From IMG/VR virus record IMGVR_UViG_3300017784_000004, positions 1 to 25,187 of that record: 25,187 bases of DNA; one strand, 5' to 3'. Source of the DNA: a virus (lineage: Duplodnaviria > Caudoviricetes). This document shows, one piece after another, positions 1-9,297 of the stretch (its first letter is position 1; every line of letters starts with the position of its first letter). The notes below the pieces were generated by a model. That model made no database searches, was not told the origin of the DNA, and saw nothing but the letters and a program-made list of their open reading frames with translations. Both the position numbers and the translations under genes were made by a program.

Positions 1-1172
1 GCAGTTAAGAATGCGGTGGAGTTTCCTGCTGTCGGGCTGGTGGTTAGATTATTTGCTGTTGAAAAAGCCGCATTTTGCGCGACTAGGTCTGGCCTTCCAG
101 CAACGGCAGCTTGGTATGCATTGTGTGCTGCATTGACACCCGTCAGGTTTGCATCCCCGGAACCAAGAAGAGTTTGTGCAGCCTTAAGTTGATCTGAATC
201 TACCCCGAATGCCGTTGCCGCCTTCTGCGCTCCAGCAGCGTCTAGGTTGTTGTCTCTTATATAGGAAGCAACCTGCTCATTGGTAAAACCCCCCGCATCA
301 AAATGAGCCATGCCCCCATGATTCAATGCAACGATGCCACCACCTGCACCCGTTGCGGTTTGCGGAAGGCTGTACCCCCGTGCAAGGTCGGAGTAGTTAA
401 GACCCATTTTGTTGTACAGCCCTGCGTTCATGGAACTAAGTTGACCATCTGGCCCGTATTCAACAATCCGATCCGTGTTTGGCACTTCCGTCATCTTGGT
501 CGCTGTTGGATTCAATGCGTCCATTGCCATGGGAGTCAGCGCGGCTGCGATTGGTTTGATGTTTGCTTTGGCAAAGTCGATTGCAGCGGTTGGGGATGCT
601 GTTGCTGCGCTTAATCCCCTAGACATTAGCTCCGTGGGGGATGCGTTTATGAAAGATCGCATTGGGCCTGTTCCAGCAAACTCTGCGCCTGATGCAACAG
701 GGACTGCACTAGAAGTTCCAGCAGTTAAACTTGCATACGCAACACCTGCCACGGCATCTCCTGCAAGCTTCTCCCCTGCCAAGGCACTAGCACCTGCGCC
801 AGACAGCGCCTCGCCAAGACCAAAGCCGCCCCATGCACCAATGCCTGCCATCAGACCTTTCTTCAGGCTTCCCGTAGCTAGACCTGTGATGCCACCAACC
901 GTAAGTGCCGTAGACAAGGCAGACGAACCGAGGAACGCCAACGATGTGCCAGCAGTAAGTGGTGCAAGCGCAAGACCAGCAAGCATCGGCAGGATACTGC
1001 TCAGGAACCCCGCTTCAGGAAGTCCGGTCTCGGGGTTGATCGTCAGGGAGCCGCCATGTTTAAGCGCCAAGGCTTGCAGACCGTGTACTTCCCCCGGCGT
1101 CATGTGGACGAGCATCGTGTCTGGGCCGCGCCCTCTGGACGCCATGTGACCGGCTAGTGCGTGTAGGCTCAT
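1..1172 (-). CDS. Putative internal virion / DNA ejection (pilot-like) protein; runs off the window end
   Basis: Not in the ORF track. ATG at 1172 opens a frame with no stop to the window end (MSLHALAGHMASRGRGPDTMLVHMTPGEV..LTINPETGLPEAGFLSSILPMLAGL...). Gly/Ala-rich hydrophobic segments and position after the tail nozzle are typical of podoviral ejection proteins. Confidence 0.7.
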   Translation of the reverse strand, partial: MSLHALAGHMASRGRGPDTMLVHMTPGEVHGLQALALKHGGSLTINPETGLPEAGFLSSILPMLAGLALAPLTAGTSLAFLGSSALSTALTVGGITGLATGSLKKGLMAGIGAWGGFGLGEALSGAGASALAGEKLAGDAVAGVAYASLTAGTSSAVPVASGAEFAGTGPMRSFINASPTELMSRGLSAATASPTAAIDFAKANIKPIAAALTPMAMDALNPTATKMTEVPNTDRIVEYGPDGQLSSMNAGLYNKMGLNYSDLARGYSLPQTATGAGGGIVALNHGGMAHFDAGGFTNEQVASYIRDNNLDAAGAQKAATAFGVDSDQLKAAQTLLGSGDANLTGVNAAHNAYQAAVAGRPDLVAQNAAFSTANNLTTSPTAGNSTAFLT

Positions 1173-1203
1173 ATTTGCCCCGTTGGTTGTAGTGTGGATC
1201 GTA

Positions 1204-1836
1204 TCATGGTGGGATTGCCGATACAAAGACCATTGTTAAAATAGCAGAAGGAATATACGGTACTGGAGAAGATGCTGCAATAGCTAAAATTTGACTGGTA
1301 GTATTGTCGGCACTCCAGACTAGCTCAAAGTAGTCGTTGCCCTGTAGCTCAACTATAAGATTCCACGCCGCTATTGTTTCTGCGGTGCTTCCTTGAACAG
1401 CGATTTTACTCGCAGACGCCGTTATATCCACACCATTTATACGGCCCCATATGTAGATGTTGCCAACGGATGCGTTAGTTTTATGTAGCTGCAATGAGAA
1501 CTGCACGTTGTAAATGCCAGACTGTACTACGGTAACCCGTGAGGTAGTTGACGCTAACGCTATACCATTTGAGTCTGCGGTAGTATTAAATGTAATTGGG
1601 TACGCCGTGTTGCTTACAGCCGCAGTCTGCGTTGTGGTATCAAAAAAACTTCCATAAGGCGTGTTTATGTACTGCCCACCCAGTGACCCAAACAACGTGC
1701 CAATAAGGTTGTTTAGCCGTGTGAAGTACAGCCGCAGTATATTATTGAATTGTTCCTGATACCGCGCCTCGTACCCCGGTGTTGCCAGCGGAAGATTTGG
1801 AGGTACGGGTACAGAGATGGGAGGTAGCGTTGCCAC
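1204..1836 (-). CDS. Putative tail-associated virion protein (helical N-terminus, beta-sandwich C-terminus)
   Basis: 210 aa ORF with GTG start abutting the nozzle gene; PPNLPLA..Y...Y.EQFNNILRLYF N-terminus; beta-rich C-terminus (GIYNVQFSLQL...DYFELVW). Confidence 0.55.
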   Translation of the reverse strand: MATLPPISVPVPPNLPLATPGYEARYQEQFNNILRLYFTRLNNLIGTLFGSLGGQYINTPYGSFFDTTTQTAAVSNTAYPITFNTTADSNGIALASTTSRVTVVQSGIYNVQFSLQLHKTNASVGNIYIWGRINGVDITASASKIAVQGSTAETIAAWNLIVELQGNDYFELVWSADNTTSQILAIAASSPVPYIPSAILTMVFVSAIPP

Positions 1837-3954
1837 TTACCGCCTCCCGTCAGGACGAATATCAATTCGGGGTCTACCCAACTGCCACTGCACCCCTAAG
1901 TCAGAAGCGGCAACCTTTATGCTCATCTGCCGCCCACGAACTCTGATATTTACCTGACTTGTAAACTCATCTACTGCAATGGCTGTGGCTGGTGGAGTAC
2001 CCGTAATTGTCTGTGTTGCCGTAGTGTCTGTACCCCCCACGGACTTGGGGTTGTTGTACCCGGAACCGGAGTTCTGAAGTGGCTGCAATTGCATCGTCAG
2101 GCTTGGGCTAACCGCAGTTGACCCACGGAAAGTCAGGTCAGGGATTACCCGCCAGACAAACGCAAAGTTGTTACCGTCCCCAATGTCAAACTGGGATGAG
2201 GTTATGTAGGATGCAATCGGCGCAAGAGTTCCTGTTATACCATCATCTACCCCGGCTTCATGGTTAACGATATTGTTTGAGTAGGTAGCAGCCAACGGGT
2301 AGTTGCTTAGTCCGCTGTCCAACCATGCGGTTCTACCCATTGTTCCGTAGTACCAGATATCTTCAACGTAGTTGTACACAACATATGTATCCACTACGGT
2401 TGATGATGAAGTGCAATAGAACCACCAGACTTCATTAAAGCCTTCATTAGTACCCGCAAAGACTTGGTAGCCTTGATCTAAATTAGTGTCATCGAAGATA
2501 AAGCGGAGCAGATCACAACGCAGCGTGGATATCCGCCCATCGTACTTGTAGAACTTATCCACGCCCATCCAGTAAATAATACCCGATGCAATGATTGCAG
2601 CGTTGGGGCCAATGATGGAGATGTTATCTCCGAGAAGCGTAGAACCCCACACCAACGGAGGGCCAAGGTACTGGAGCGAGTACACAGAAGAGTCGGTAAA
2701 CACCACAATTTCTTGCCTAGTCTGTACCGTAGTCAGGATCGTTGAACCGTGAGACAACCGCAAGGAGCCAGCCTGATTAGTAGCAGCGGGATACCAATCC
2801 ACAACGGATTCCTGATCTGACCACCGGATCAGCATGGGGTCAAGAGGACTGGAGGTGGCTATGTCGTTGCAACCAAAAACAAGAACAAAACGACTGACGT
2901 CTGATATGGTTATGTTGTTTTGGTATACGGGGACATCTAGCAACAAGGAGATGGAGTGCACCCCAGACTGCGTACCTGATGTGTTGATAAGCGCACCACC
3001 AGCGGTCAGGGCCAAGTTAGCGGTAACCCCAGAAATTACGTTCTGTAAGTAGTAGGTTGTTGATACAGCCAATCCCGTAGGCAATGCGCCTGTAGTTGCA
3101 AGTTGTATCCGGGTGTTCTCGGCAAATGTGTTAGACAGGGTTATGACTGCGGGAGTAGCAATCGTGACCGTAACAATACCACCTAACGTGTTGACGTTTA
3201 CACCCCGAACATTAACATCTTCAGCATACCAATAGTACAGACCACCCCCACGGGGGCCAAAGATTAAGTCTTCCCCGTAGTTGCTTTGGCTCCAGACACG
3301 AAGCACATCCGTAGCCCCGCCGCCAGTTCCCCACGGCCCCAGCCCCCAACCACCGGAACCCCATCCAGTAAGTGGGACGGAAACCGCAGGGCCAGTATTT
3401 AGCTGATAGGTGGCGACTACGGCACTACCACCTCCTCCAGAATCCGATCCGTTGGCTGTGGCTGTTGCCGTAAATGTGTAGCTGCTTGCGTTTACATAAA
3501 CTATTTGGTACTCAGCGTTTAGCACCGCTGCGGTAATGTTGCCCCCCAAGGTTACTGCCCCAGAAAACGTAACAAAGTCGTTGTTTATTGCGCCATGTGC
3601 TGCGGCTGTAACGGTGATGACGGCTGAACCATTTGTAGCGACAAACGGGTTTGCACCAAGCGTTGTTGTGGCTCTAATAGGTGTGATGTCAAAATACGCG
3701 CCGCCCCGTCCAATGTAAAACTTCAGGTTAGTACCAACGCCCAGCAGGTTGGTTCCCAGTAGGGTAACCCAGTTCCACAAGGAACGGCAAAGGCCAAGGA
3801 AGGTATAAGCAGAGATGCGTAGCCAGCCGCCAATTTTCTCAGGAGTACCTTGCCGGAAGCGCACCTTCTCAGACTCGTAGTACCCGCCTTCGTTGGTGTA
3901 CCGAGTGTTCTCCCGGTTAACCCCCGGCTTGAGTACGATCTTCTGTAAGGGCAT
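1837..3954 (-). CDS. Tail nozzle / stabilisation protein (P22 gp10 / T7 gp12-like beta-propeller)
   Basis: 705 aa, Trp-rich beta-propeller-like motifs (LIRWSDQE, NEVWWFY, WYYGTMGRTAWLD), C-terminal RVRGRQMSIK...WQLGRPRIDIRPDGRR; position in tail module. Confidence 0.7.
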   Translation of the reverse strand: MPLQKIVLKPGVNRENTRYTNEGGYYESEKVRFRQGTPEKIGGWLRISAYTFLGLCRSLWNWVTLLGTNLLGVGTNLKFYIGRGGAYFDITPIRATTTLGANPFVATNGSAVITVTAAAHGAINNDFVTFSGAVTLGGNITAAVLNAEYQIVYVNASSYTFTATATANGSDSGGGGSAVVATYQLNTGPAVSVPLTGWGSGGWGLGPWGTGGGATDVLRVWSQSNYGEDLIFGPRGGGLYYWYAEDVNVRGVNVNTLGGIVTVTIATPAVITLSNTFAENTRIQLATTGALPTGLAVSTTYYLQNVISGVTANLALTAGGALINTSGTQSGVHSISLLLDVPVYQNNITISDVSRFVLVFGCNDIATSSPLDPMLIRWSDQESVVDWYPAATNQAGSLRLSHGSTILTTVQTRQEIVVFTDSSVYSLQYLGPPLVWGSTLLGDNISIIGPNAAIIASGIIYWMGVDKFYKYDGRISTLRCDLLRFIFDDTNLDQGYQVFAGTNEGFNEVWWFYCTSSSTVVDTYVVYNYVEDIWYYGTMGRTAWLDSGLSNYPLAATYSNNIVNHEAGVDDGITGTLAPIASYITSSQFDIGDGNNFAFVWRVIPDLTFRGSTAVSPSLTMQLQPLQNSGSGYNNPKSVGGTDTTATQTITGTPPATAIAVDEFTSQVNIRVRGRQMSIKVAASDLGVQWQLGRPRIDIRPDGRR

Positions 3955-3962
3955 TTGGCATC

Positions 3963-4439
3963 CTACGATAGAAACAGGGAGCGTTCATCAATGCGGCGGT
4001 TCTGTAGCCCCTTGAGGATTTTACCCCCACCCATGCAATATTTCAATAGCTCTTGCGCCGCATCTTCTGTCTCCCCGCGTAGGAGCTTTTGCCTGAGCGT
4101 ACTGCGTTGGAGAGTTCCCAGACCACAGTTAAAAGAGAAACTGCACAGGCTATCAAACTGACCTTGTGTAAGGCTGATAGGGCAGAGAGTGGTGACCCCC
4201 CGTTCAAATCTAGCCAGATCGCTGTGAAGTATTCCATTTACTTCCTCTTCTGAAAAGGTGCGGTTATCCGATTCCTGAAGCTGAAAATCCTGTCGCTGAT
4301 CCAGAGGTAAACGACCCTGAAGGGGGTATAAAACATGACCAACTCCAACGGTGAAAAGACGCGCACTGCAACGGTATGGGCGGTAACGGACACCTTCCCA
4401 ATGACGGATTAGCTTTATGCACTTATCCGAGACTTTCAT
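3963..4439 (-). CDS. Endolysin, GH24 phage lysozyme (RrrD-like)
   Basis: LIRHWEG.RYRPYRC....TVGVGH catalytic region, QGQFDSLCSFSFNCGLG..QRSTL and GLQNRRIDE motifs. Confidence 0.92.
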   Translation of the reverse strand: MKVSDKCIKLIRHWEGVRYRPYRCSARLFTVGVGHVLYPLQGRLPLDQRQDFQLQESDNRTFSEEEVNGILHSDLARFERGVTTLCPISLTQGQFDSLCSFSFNCGLGTLQRSTLRQKLLRGETEDAAQELLKYCMGGGKILKGLQNRRIDERSLFLS

Positions 4440-4921
4440 TTCTTGGCAAACGCCTGACTGCCGAACCAGAAACTAATCACACTAGCCCAGATGATCTGCG
4501 TGTCTGCATCCCACAAGGTGTCCAGCATCTCGGTAAACGGCACATTGTGGTTCCATGCATAGACGAACCCAGCCACATCTACGAACACCAGCAATAGGAA
4601 CAAACCGTAGGTAATCAGGGGCCGCACCCCAGCGCGGAGGTTAATCATCCACTGACTAGCACCTTGCCCAATCGCAATGTCGTGAGCATACATAGCGGAG
4701 CGTTCAGTTGCCGCAGCCTCTACTAGTTGGCCCTGTAGGTGTACTTCCTCTACCCGTTGCTGCGCTTCAAACCCCAGCTTCCTCATCTCCAACTCACGCC
4801 CAATCTGCATCTGGGCCAGCAGTATTTCCTGCTTCTTGTCAGCGCGATCCTGAAAGAAACCAAGTAGTTTGGGTAGACCCCCGGCAAGGAAGGAGACTAG
4901 GGTGGTGAGGAGGGTTAGCAT
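4436..4921 (-). CDS. Putative holin (GTA-type 3TM holin-like)
   Basis: Hydrophobic N-terminus, coiled coil, R..VRP.ITY motif, TM helices and FWFGS ending; overlaps the endolysin start. Confidence 0.65.
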   Translation of the reverse strand: MLTLLTTLVSFLAGGLPKLLGFFQDRADKKQEILLAQMQIGRELEMRKLGFEAQQRVEEVHLQGQLVEAAATERSAMYAHDIAIGQGASQWMINLRAGVRPLITYGLFLLLVFVDVAGFVYAWNHNVPFTEMLDTLWDADTQIIWASVISFWFGSQAFAKK

Positions 4922-5067
4922 TATTTTTTATTAAATATCTCAAACAGAGTTTTAATCTTCTCTTCCAGCACGGCAATCTTAATATCCATCTTTGCCAGCA
5001 CGATAATCAAAGTGATTATCGCCAATAGTATGGGCCACCCTTTAACTAGCGCGTCAAAGAACTCCAT
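4921..5067 (-). CDS. Small single-TM membrane protein (lysis-module accessory), 48 aa
   Basis: Manual translation MEFFDALVKGWPILLAIITLIIVLAKMDIKIAVLEEKIKTLFEIFNKK; TAATG overlap with the holin start. Confidence 0.75.
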   Translation of the reverse strand: MEFFDALVKGWPILLAIITLIIVLAKMDIKIAVLEEKIKTLFEIFNKK

Positions 5068-5155
5068 AGCCAAACCACCTGCGGAACATGGCTATCCAGT
5101 CTGTCGGCTGTCGGCAAACGCAGTTCCTACCCTGATTGCAGTTGCCGTTGCACAT
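5054..5155 (-). CDS. Small Cys-rich peptide, 33 aa
   Basis: MCNGNCNQGRNCVCRQPTDWIAMFRRWFGYGVL preceded by SD AAGGAA (5162-5167); fills the gap after the tail fiber. Confidence 0.6.
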   Translation of the reverse strand: MCNGNCNQGRNCVCRQPTDWIAMFRRWFGYGVL

Positions 5156-5166
5156 TTTTGGTTCCT

Positions 5167-7059
5167 TTATGGGTGGGCTGCCTTATATGCGTCGAATTCG
5201 GCTTTGAGTTCTTGTATTGCCTTGACCAAAATGGCGGTCATGTTCTGGTCGGTGTACTTTAGATTTTCTGCGTCTTTAGCATCAATCACTACCGAGTCAG
5301 CACCTTCAAGAGCCAAGACATCTTGAGCTAAGAAACCATACCGCACATCGCCAGTTGGTGTAGCATCTTCGCGGGACTTTGTAAACTTAAAAGCAACAGG
5401 ATTAAGCTGGTTAACAAAACTCAACCCATGTGGTACTGGCTTTACTTCTGTTTTATCCCTAGCATCCGATGTTACAGTCCATGCAATCTTAATGTACGCA
5501 TTTGTTTTGGCATTATTGCCCATCGCAATGTAATTAGATTGCGTTGTTATGTTAACAACACCAGCTTCAGTACCCGCTTCACCGCCTATGCAATCGTTGT
5601 AAGTGCCTGATGTAATATTAAATCCAGTGGCATAACCAAGGCAGGCATTATAGTTCCCAGTTGTAACATACCCGGCATACATTCCAATAAGCGTATTACC
5701 ATACATATTAGCGCCGCCTGCACTGTTACTTCCCGCTAATGCGCCAATTGCGGTATTATTTACTGATGCAGCATTATTTGAACTATAGAGTGCTCTATAC
5801 CCAAACGCAGTATTGTTAGTGCCTATTGATGCAAATCCAGATTGAACGCCTACGCAAGTATTGTTAAGGGCTGATATATTTGCCTTTAGACTTTCAAAGC
5901 CAATTGCCACATTGTCAGTACCGCCGACATTAACTATTCCCGCGCTCACACCCATAAATGTGTTGTTAACCCCGGTGCTAACTACACCAGCGTTATACCC
6001 AAACGCAGTCAGGAACGGAGTGCCTCCAGATGTCGTTTGTTTGGCGTAGACGGTTCCTAGTGCAGTCGGCGTGGCGGCTGAACCACCACCAGCGGGGGTT
6101 GCCCAAGTGCCATCACCGCGCCAAAAAGTTGTGCCGCTTGCAGATGTGCCTGAGTTGAGATTGCCAACAGGCAGGTTGCCGCTTACATCGGCAGCGAGAG
6201 CAACAGCACCAAAAGTAGGTGCGCCAGCAGCGTTGCCGTGAAGGACTGTGGTTGACGTACCAGCCGCTGTAGTCGCCAGAGCCGTTATGGTTGAGGCGTA
6301 TGTTACGCCGTACTGCGTGAAATTGGATGCTTGCCCCGTACCACCGTTGGCTACTGGAAGAGTCCCGCTAACATCAGCAGTCAAAGACACCGCGCCAAAA
6401 GTAGGTGCGCCAGCAACGTTGCCGTGCAAGACTGTAGTAGTTGTACCTAAACTACCCATAGGCGTAGGAGTCGCAGTAGCACCGCCGCCTAGTACCAATG
6501 CATTTGCTGTCAAAGCAATGGAAGATGCTAATGTGCCAGAAGCTGTATAGCCCAGTACACCACCAGAAGTTCCCGAAGTTAAGCCTGTACCACCAGAAGC
6601 TACGGGTAGGGCCGAACCAAGGGTCAAAGAAGTGAAGTAGGAAGCGCCATCAACGACATTCGTACCATCGTTGTAAACCAGCGTTGCCTTGCCAGCAGGG
6701 ACAGATATACCCGTACCCGAAGTGTTTTTAACCGTCTTGGCTCCAGTACCATTATTTCTAACTAGGTAAAACTTCTCAATCTGGCAACCAGAACCCAGTA
6801 TCAAATTACGCACAGAAGCTATGCCTGCTCCGCTTTCTGTAATGTTTAAACGCAAGTTTCTGGCTGACTGGGTAGTTGCAGAGTCTGTTAATGTAACTGT
6901 TACATCCGCATCTGCTGGAAAATCTACCGTGGCAGAGCCTGTAATAGCTTCACCCAATACTGCATCACCAAGGTTAATGTTGGTAAGCGTACCCCATGTG
7001 CCTGAGTTTGCCCCTGTCTCAAGCAGTTCTATTTTAAGTGCTGACCATGTTGATGCCAT
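5167..7059 (-). CDS. Tail fiber with C-terminal intramolecular chaperone (peptidase S74) domain
   Basis: N-terminal anchor (G.NSGTWG..TN.NL), LPVxxGGTG repeats, NTAxGxxA beta-roll repeats, TSDARDK...L..V.QL.PV.F...GFLAQDV S74 signature with terminal coiled coil. Confidence 0.88.
   Translation of the reverse strand: MASTWSALKIELLETGANSGTWGTLTNINLGDAVLGEAITGSATVDFPADADVTVTLTDSATTQSARNLRLNITESGAGIASVRNLILGSGCQIEKFYLVRNNGTGAKTVKNTSGTGISVPAGKATLVYNDGTNVVDGASYFTSLTLGSALPVASGGTGLTSGTSGGVLGYTASGTLASSIALTANALVLGGGATATPTPMGSLGTTTTVLHGNVAGAPTFGAVSLTADVSGTLPVANGGTGQASNFTQYGVTYASTITALATTAAGTSTTVLHGNAAGAPTFGAVALAADVSGNLPVGNLNSGTSASGTTFWRGDGTWATPAGGGSAATPTALGTVYAKQTTSGGTPFLTAFGYNAGVVSTGVNNTFMGVSAGIVNVGGTDNVAIGFESLKANISALNNTCVGVQSGFASIGTNNTAFGYRALYSSNNAASVNNTAIGALAGSNSAGGANMYGNTLIGMYAGYVTTGNYNACLGYATGFNITSGTYNDCIGGEAGTEAGVVNITTQSNYIAMGNNAKTNAYIKIAWTVTSDARDKTEVKPVPHGLSFVNQLNPVAFKFTKSREDATPTGDVRYGFLAQDVLALEGADSVVIDAKDAENLKYTDQNMTAILVKAIQELKAEFDAYKAAHP
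6209..6426. repeat. Internal tandem duplication in the tail fiber (186 bp / 62 aa period)
   Basis: ccaaaagtaggtgcgccagca(g/a)cgttgccgtg at 6209-6240 and 6395-6426 (1 mismatch in 32); protein TTTVLHGN(A/V)[18 protein letters not shown] twice. Confidence 0.9.
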
Positions 7060-7068
7060 CTATAGCTC

Positions 7069-7122
7069 CTAATTCGTTGAAACCGCAGTCCAGCTTGCCG
7101 TTTGCGTGTTGCCTATATTCTG
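7069..7122 (-). pseudogene. Orphan coding tail (QNIGNTQTASWTAVSTN*), probable remnant of a deleted virion gene
   Basis: 18 codons with no start, in frame directly after the TAA of 7123..7533; the TAG overlaps the SD of the tail fiber gene. Confidence 0.45.
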
Positions 7123-7533
7123 TTAGGGTAATCTTATAAGGGCAGAAGTTGAAGAATTTGTTGGCATTGCAACGGTAAACGTGGTAGTCGAAGTCTTATC
7201 AGCCCCGAAGTCTAGGACAGCAACTGCCTTGTTGCTCTTGGACGAATTGTAAATCAAAGCACCCCTAGCTGTAAGGGCCGCAGTCCAGACTACGTTGCTG
7301 AAGTTAACAAAGGCAGTCGTATCCGTAACGCTTACCGAAGTGGTTGTAGCATCCCCGCCAGCCGTGTACCCCGTACCAACAACTTCCCCAGTCGCTGTGT
7401 AAACGGTGGTGGTTGCACTAAGGTCTGCACTAGCTGTATATAGCGCCACCTTGAAGGTATCCGTATCAAAGTCATGGACGCCTTGCAGCAACTGCTGCTT
7501 GAAGCTGGTGGTTAGGGTCTGGGAAAGGCTCAT
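7123..7533 (-). CDS. Conserved virion structural protein (tail/fiber-associated)
   Basis: TSFK.QLL.GVHDF..DTFKVALYT..A.L...TT.Y....EV.GTGYTAGG...ARGALIYN...AVAVLDFG.DK pattern typical of phage tail modules. Confidence 0.7.
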   Translation of the reverse strand: MSLSQTLTTSFKQQLLQGVHDFDTDTFKVALYTASADLSATTTVYTATGEVVGTGYTAGGDATTTSVSVTDTTAFVNFSNVVWTAALTARGALIYNSSKSNKAVAVLDFGADKTSTTTFTVAMPTNSSTSALIRLP

Positions 7534-8435
7534 GTTATTGCAATCCTAACCTGCCCACTACGGTACGCATCCTGACGCTCCAGACCATCACCCAGACGTT
7601 TAAGCTGAATCAACGCCTCACCGAACTTGGTGTTGTACAGCATAACCATGTCCTGCTCACCCTTCATGTAGGTGTAAGCCTCAACCAGCGTACCGTACAG
7701 CAGGACAGGATCGTAGTTGTCCCCAAGCCAAGTTGTTCCCGTAGTATTACCTACCGTAGCCACAGGAATGGAAAACCCAGACCCTGTGCCGCCAATATTG
7801 GCCGCAAGCGCAGACATGGTGTCGCCCACAACAAAACCAGTACCACCATTGGTTACTGTTACAGAGGTAACGCCGCCACCAGAAACAACAATAGTTGCTA
7901 CTGCGTTAGAACCAGAGCCTCCAGTCAAACTTACATTGCTGTATGTCCCCGTTGTGTAGGATGTCCCTGCCGTTATAGCGCCAAGTGTCAAGATAGGCCG
8001 CTGGATGATGGACTCTGGGTAGAAAAAGTACTGTAGGTCTGTTGCCAAGGCTGCACTGGGAGTCGGGCCAAGAATAAATTTTAGCTCCGTAGCCGTTGTC
8101 TGCGGCCCGTAGATAGCATAGTACTTAGGAGTTGCGGCTGTTGCCGGGGTTGGATATGCCTCACGAATAAAATCGACATCTTTGTTAAGCAAAAACGTGT
8201 AGCTACCATTAGCATTAACTACCGCAAATGAATATACTGCAAGAAAGTCAGATGGCGCGTTAAAGTATGGCGTACTTGCTGTTAGGGCTGTTGTTGCTGT
8301 TTTTCTAAGGGCTGGAATCTGTACTGCGTTGTAGATGCGTGTCTCTGCCTGCGCGATAAACATATTCATGTTCACCGTGGGAAAAGTGTTCTCCGTGTAA
8401 TCGGAGACAGCAGTAACAAGCGCAGCGTAGTCCAT
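7530..8435 (-). CDS. Head-tail adaptor-like protein with inserted beta-rich domain
   Basis: FI..AE.RIY, LLNKDV.FIREAYP, PKYYA, GPTP, TTWLGDN...VLLYG.LVEA..YMKGE motifs; Gly/Thr-rich insert at about 7740-8005. Confidence 0.7.
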   Translation of the reverse strand: MDYAALVTAVSDYTENTFPTVNMNMFIAQAETRIYNAVQIPALRKTATTALTASTPYFNAPSDFLAVYSFAVVNANGSYTFLLNKDVDFIREAYPTPATAATPKYYAIYGPQTTATELKFILGPTPSAALATDLQYFFYPESIIQRPILTLGAITAGTSYTTGTYSNVSLTGGSGSNAVATIVVSGGGVTSVTVTNGGTGFVVGDTMSALAANIGGTGSGFSIPVATVGNTTGTTWLGDNYDPVLLYGTLVEAYTYMKGEQDMVMLYNTKFGEALIQLKRLGDGLERQDAYRSGQVRIAIT

Positions 8436-8436
8436 A

Positions 8437-8691
8437 TTAAGCCATCGGCCCCCGAGCCATCACGCCTTTGGTAGCAGCGCCAGTACCACGGATTTTGATG
8501 CCATCAGTCTTGATAGGTTCACCCCCCGCAGATTTGCTAAAAGAACCAACGCTCATGTCAAGCGTATCAAGTTTGCTGCGGTTAGGTGGGAAACCGGGGT
8601 TCGTACCAAACTCTTGAGGAGCCTTGGTCATCTTCTTCCCGTCCATCGTGTGCGGCTGCGCGTAGGCTGAAGCAGGTTTGTTGTTAATCAT
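8437..8691 (-). CDS. Small basic conserved phage protein
   Basis: 84 aa, C-terminal GIKIRGTGAATKG..ARGPMA motif; tight operon packing. Confidence 0.75.
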   Translation of the reverse strand: MINNKPASAYAQPHTMDGKKMTKAPQEFGTNPGFPPNRSKLDTLDMSVGSFSKSAGGEPIKTDGIKIRGTGAATKGVMARGPMA

Positions 8692-8694
8692 GGT

Positions 8695-8895
8695 TTACCC
8701 CGATTTCTGGTTGTTGGCGCGAGACATGTTGCGGCCTACGCGCATACGATCCTCGCTGGTTGGGCCACCCTTTTTCAATTTTAGCACCGTGCCCTTGCCA
8801 CCCTTGTGTTCTTGGCTATCGTGCTGACCAAACGCTTTCTTGATGAGGGCAACGTCCTGTTTCTTGTCCGATGCCATTGATTCTGCTTTTGCCAC
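8695..8895 (-). CDS. Small basic protein with DKKQD module and LKKGG motif
   Basis: 66 aa, GTG start with SD AGGAG; shares a module with 11361..12035. Confidence 0.75.
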   Translation of the reverse strand: MAKAESMASDKKQDVALIKKAFGQHDSQEHKGGKGTVLKLKKGGPTSEDRMRVGRNMSRANNQKSG

Positions 8896-8904
8896 AATTT
8901 TCTC

Positions 8905-9294
8905 CTAAGTTACGGATACCGTTACTGTACCAAGTTCTGCGGTACATATCAAATAATTTGGCGTCAGCAAGCTAGTAAAGGCACTAGCCCCGCCTACTGG
9001 ATTCCAGCCCCACTGGAATATTCGACTACCTTCACCCTGATAACCATCTACCAACAGCCCTGATGCGTAGTAGCTCAAGTCCCTGCGCGGGTCACGCAAC
9101 CCCTGTGGGTCATCTACAGGGTACATCCCCAACTGCAACTGCGGCTGATCCGGTGTCCAGCAGGTAGGGCACACCAGCAAGTTGTAGGTCTTGGTCTTTA
9201 CAACCTCCTTCTTCAACTCTTTTAGCTTGTACCGGAACCCGCAGCGGTCACACTCCGCTATCGCATTCTTACCTGATGCGAACCTGTTACCCAC
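8905..9294 (-). CDS. Conserved phage protein with CxxC...CxxC zinc-ribbon-like motif
   Basis: ECDRCGFRY...LLVCPTCW..DQPQLQLG...DPQ.LRDPR. Confidence 0.75.
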   Translation of the reverse strand: MGNRFASGKNAIAECDRCGFRYKLKELKKEVVKTKTYNLLVCPTCWTPDQPQLQLGMYPVDDPQGLRDPRRDLSYYASGLLVDGYQGEGSRIFQWGWNPVGGASAFTSLLTPNYLICTAELGTVTVSVT

Positions 9295-9297
9295 GAT

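Noticed and set aside
303-1149. Plus-strand ORFs of 103 and 224 aa
   Set aside because: Antisense to the real, window-truncated minus-strand gene 1..1172.
6209-6426. Tail-fiber repeats as DGR template/variable repeats
   Set aside because: Both copies are in-frame coding within one gene, and no reverse transcriptase is in the window.
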